Program-made: the position numbers and the translations under genes
Notes under the pieces: generated by a model
What the model was told of the DNA's origin: nothing
What the model saw: only the letters and a program-made list of their open reading frames with translations
The model's database searches: none
Shown here: piece by piece, positions 63,600 through 64,000 of the stretch
Position numbering within the stretch: position 1 is the stretch's first letter
Layout: each line of letters begins with the position of its first letter
From: an uncultured Alistipes sp.
GTDB lineage: Bacteria > Bacteroidota > Bacteroidia > Bacteroidales > Rikenellaceae
Direction: 5' to 3'
Assembly (NCBI GenBank): GCA_910587675.1
Contig: CAJUMU010000006.1
Span: 1,741-65,740, forward strand
DNA length: 64,000 nucleotides

Positions 63600-64000
63600 C
63601 TATCGGCCCGATCTCATCAACTCGGGCGTCACTCGCATCTTCATCGCAGCAGGCGAGAATGCGGGCGGTGTGTAGGCGCCCGGGGCGCCCGTCCACTTGT
63701 CCATCGCCGCGCCCGGCTCCAGAATACGCAGGTCAATCAAAGGCGGAATGTCGCGGTTGTTCGGAATGTTGATCAAACCGTCGGCACTGCCGTCCACATC
63801 GGGATTGCCGCCCCACGGATTGCGCATGACGAACAGAGCCGAGCTCGACTTGGGCGAGAACATGAACGTATAGGCGTGGAACGCCACCGTCTTGGTTCCG
63901 TCGACGGGGATGTCGCCGGGCTGGAAACCGCCGATAACGATCTTGCCCTGCTTCAGGCTGATATCGACCGCGCGCTTGATCTGGTCGTTGTCGAGTTTGC
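63600..64000 (-). CDS. Calpain family (C2) cysteine peptidase, C-terminal fragment (5' end beyond window)
   Basis: Open frame from the window edge. Contains ..VAFHAYTF.. (catalytic His region) and ..FVMRNPWGG.. (calpain RNPWG block), similar to what I recall for P. gingivalis Tpr-type proteases. Confidence 0.6.
   Translation of the reverse strand, partial: KLDNDQIKRAVDISLKQGKIVIGGFQPGDIPVDGTKTVAFHAYTFMFSPKSSSALFVMRNPWGGNPDVDGSADGLINIPNNRDIPPLIDLRILEPGAAMDKWTGAPGAYTPPAFSPAAMKMRVTPELMRSGR

Overview
GC-rich (about 60% by eye) chromosomal segment. It looks like core genome of a Bacteroidota organism, possibly Rikenellaceae/Alistipes-like. That placement is an inference from TTTG/TAnnTTTG promoter boxes, an S46 peptidase, GH3-family, DUF1573 and Rnf genes, and the high GC. 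I support 58 protein-coding genes (two truncated by the window edges), 4 tRNA genes (Asn-GTT, Val-TAC, Leu-GAG, Leu-TAA) and 2 decayed genes. The decayed genes are an HMA-AraC regulator with an in-frame TAA and a GNAT remnant. I saw no rRNA, CRISPR array, transposase, integrase or phage genes. Recognisable modules: (1) a 4-gene minus-strand operon that looks like polyprenyl-phosphate-uronate dependent LPS/lipid A glycosylation (3913-7863); (2) a Cu/Zn efflux permease-HMA gene next to the broken regulator; (3) nfnAB; (4) a tRNA-flanked islet with an ADH and a CAT-like acetyltransferase; (5) mreBCD-mrdA-rodA; (6) lpxB/trmD and neighbours; (7) rseC-rnfBCDGEA plus rubredoxin; (8) nadE, nif3, rsmF, a deoxynucleoside kinase, trkA, miaA and rho. 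The least ordinary signals are non-coding. One is a 5-copy 79-95 nt GC-rich intergenic element whose terminal hairpin shows compensatory changes. Another is a second 84-bp repeat pair. A third is a perfect 24-bp inverted repeat abutting the nfnA start. A fourth is an AT-rich ~730-bp non-coding stretch with a long imperfect hairpin upstream of an orphan 188-aa gene. There are also three 8-9 nt G/C homopolymer tracts. I found no obvious defence or toxin system. Many long ORFs in the supplied track are antisense shadow ORFs typical of GC-rich DNA and were rejected. All functional calls come from motif and family recognition by eye, not from searches.
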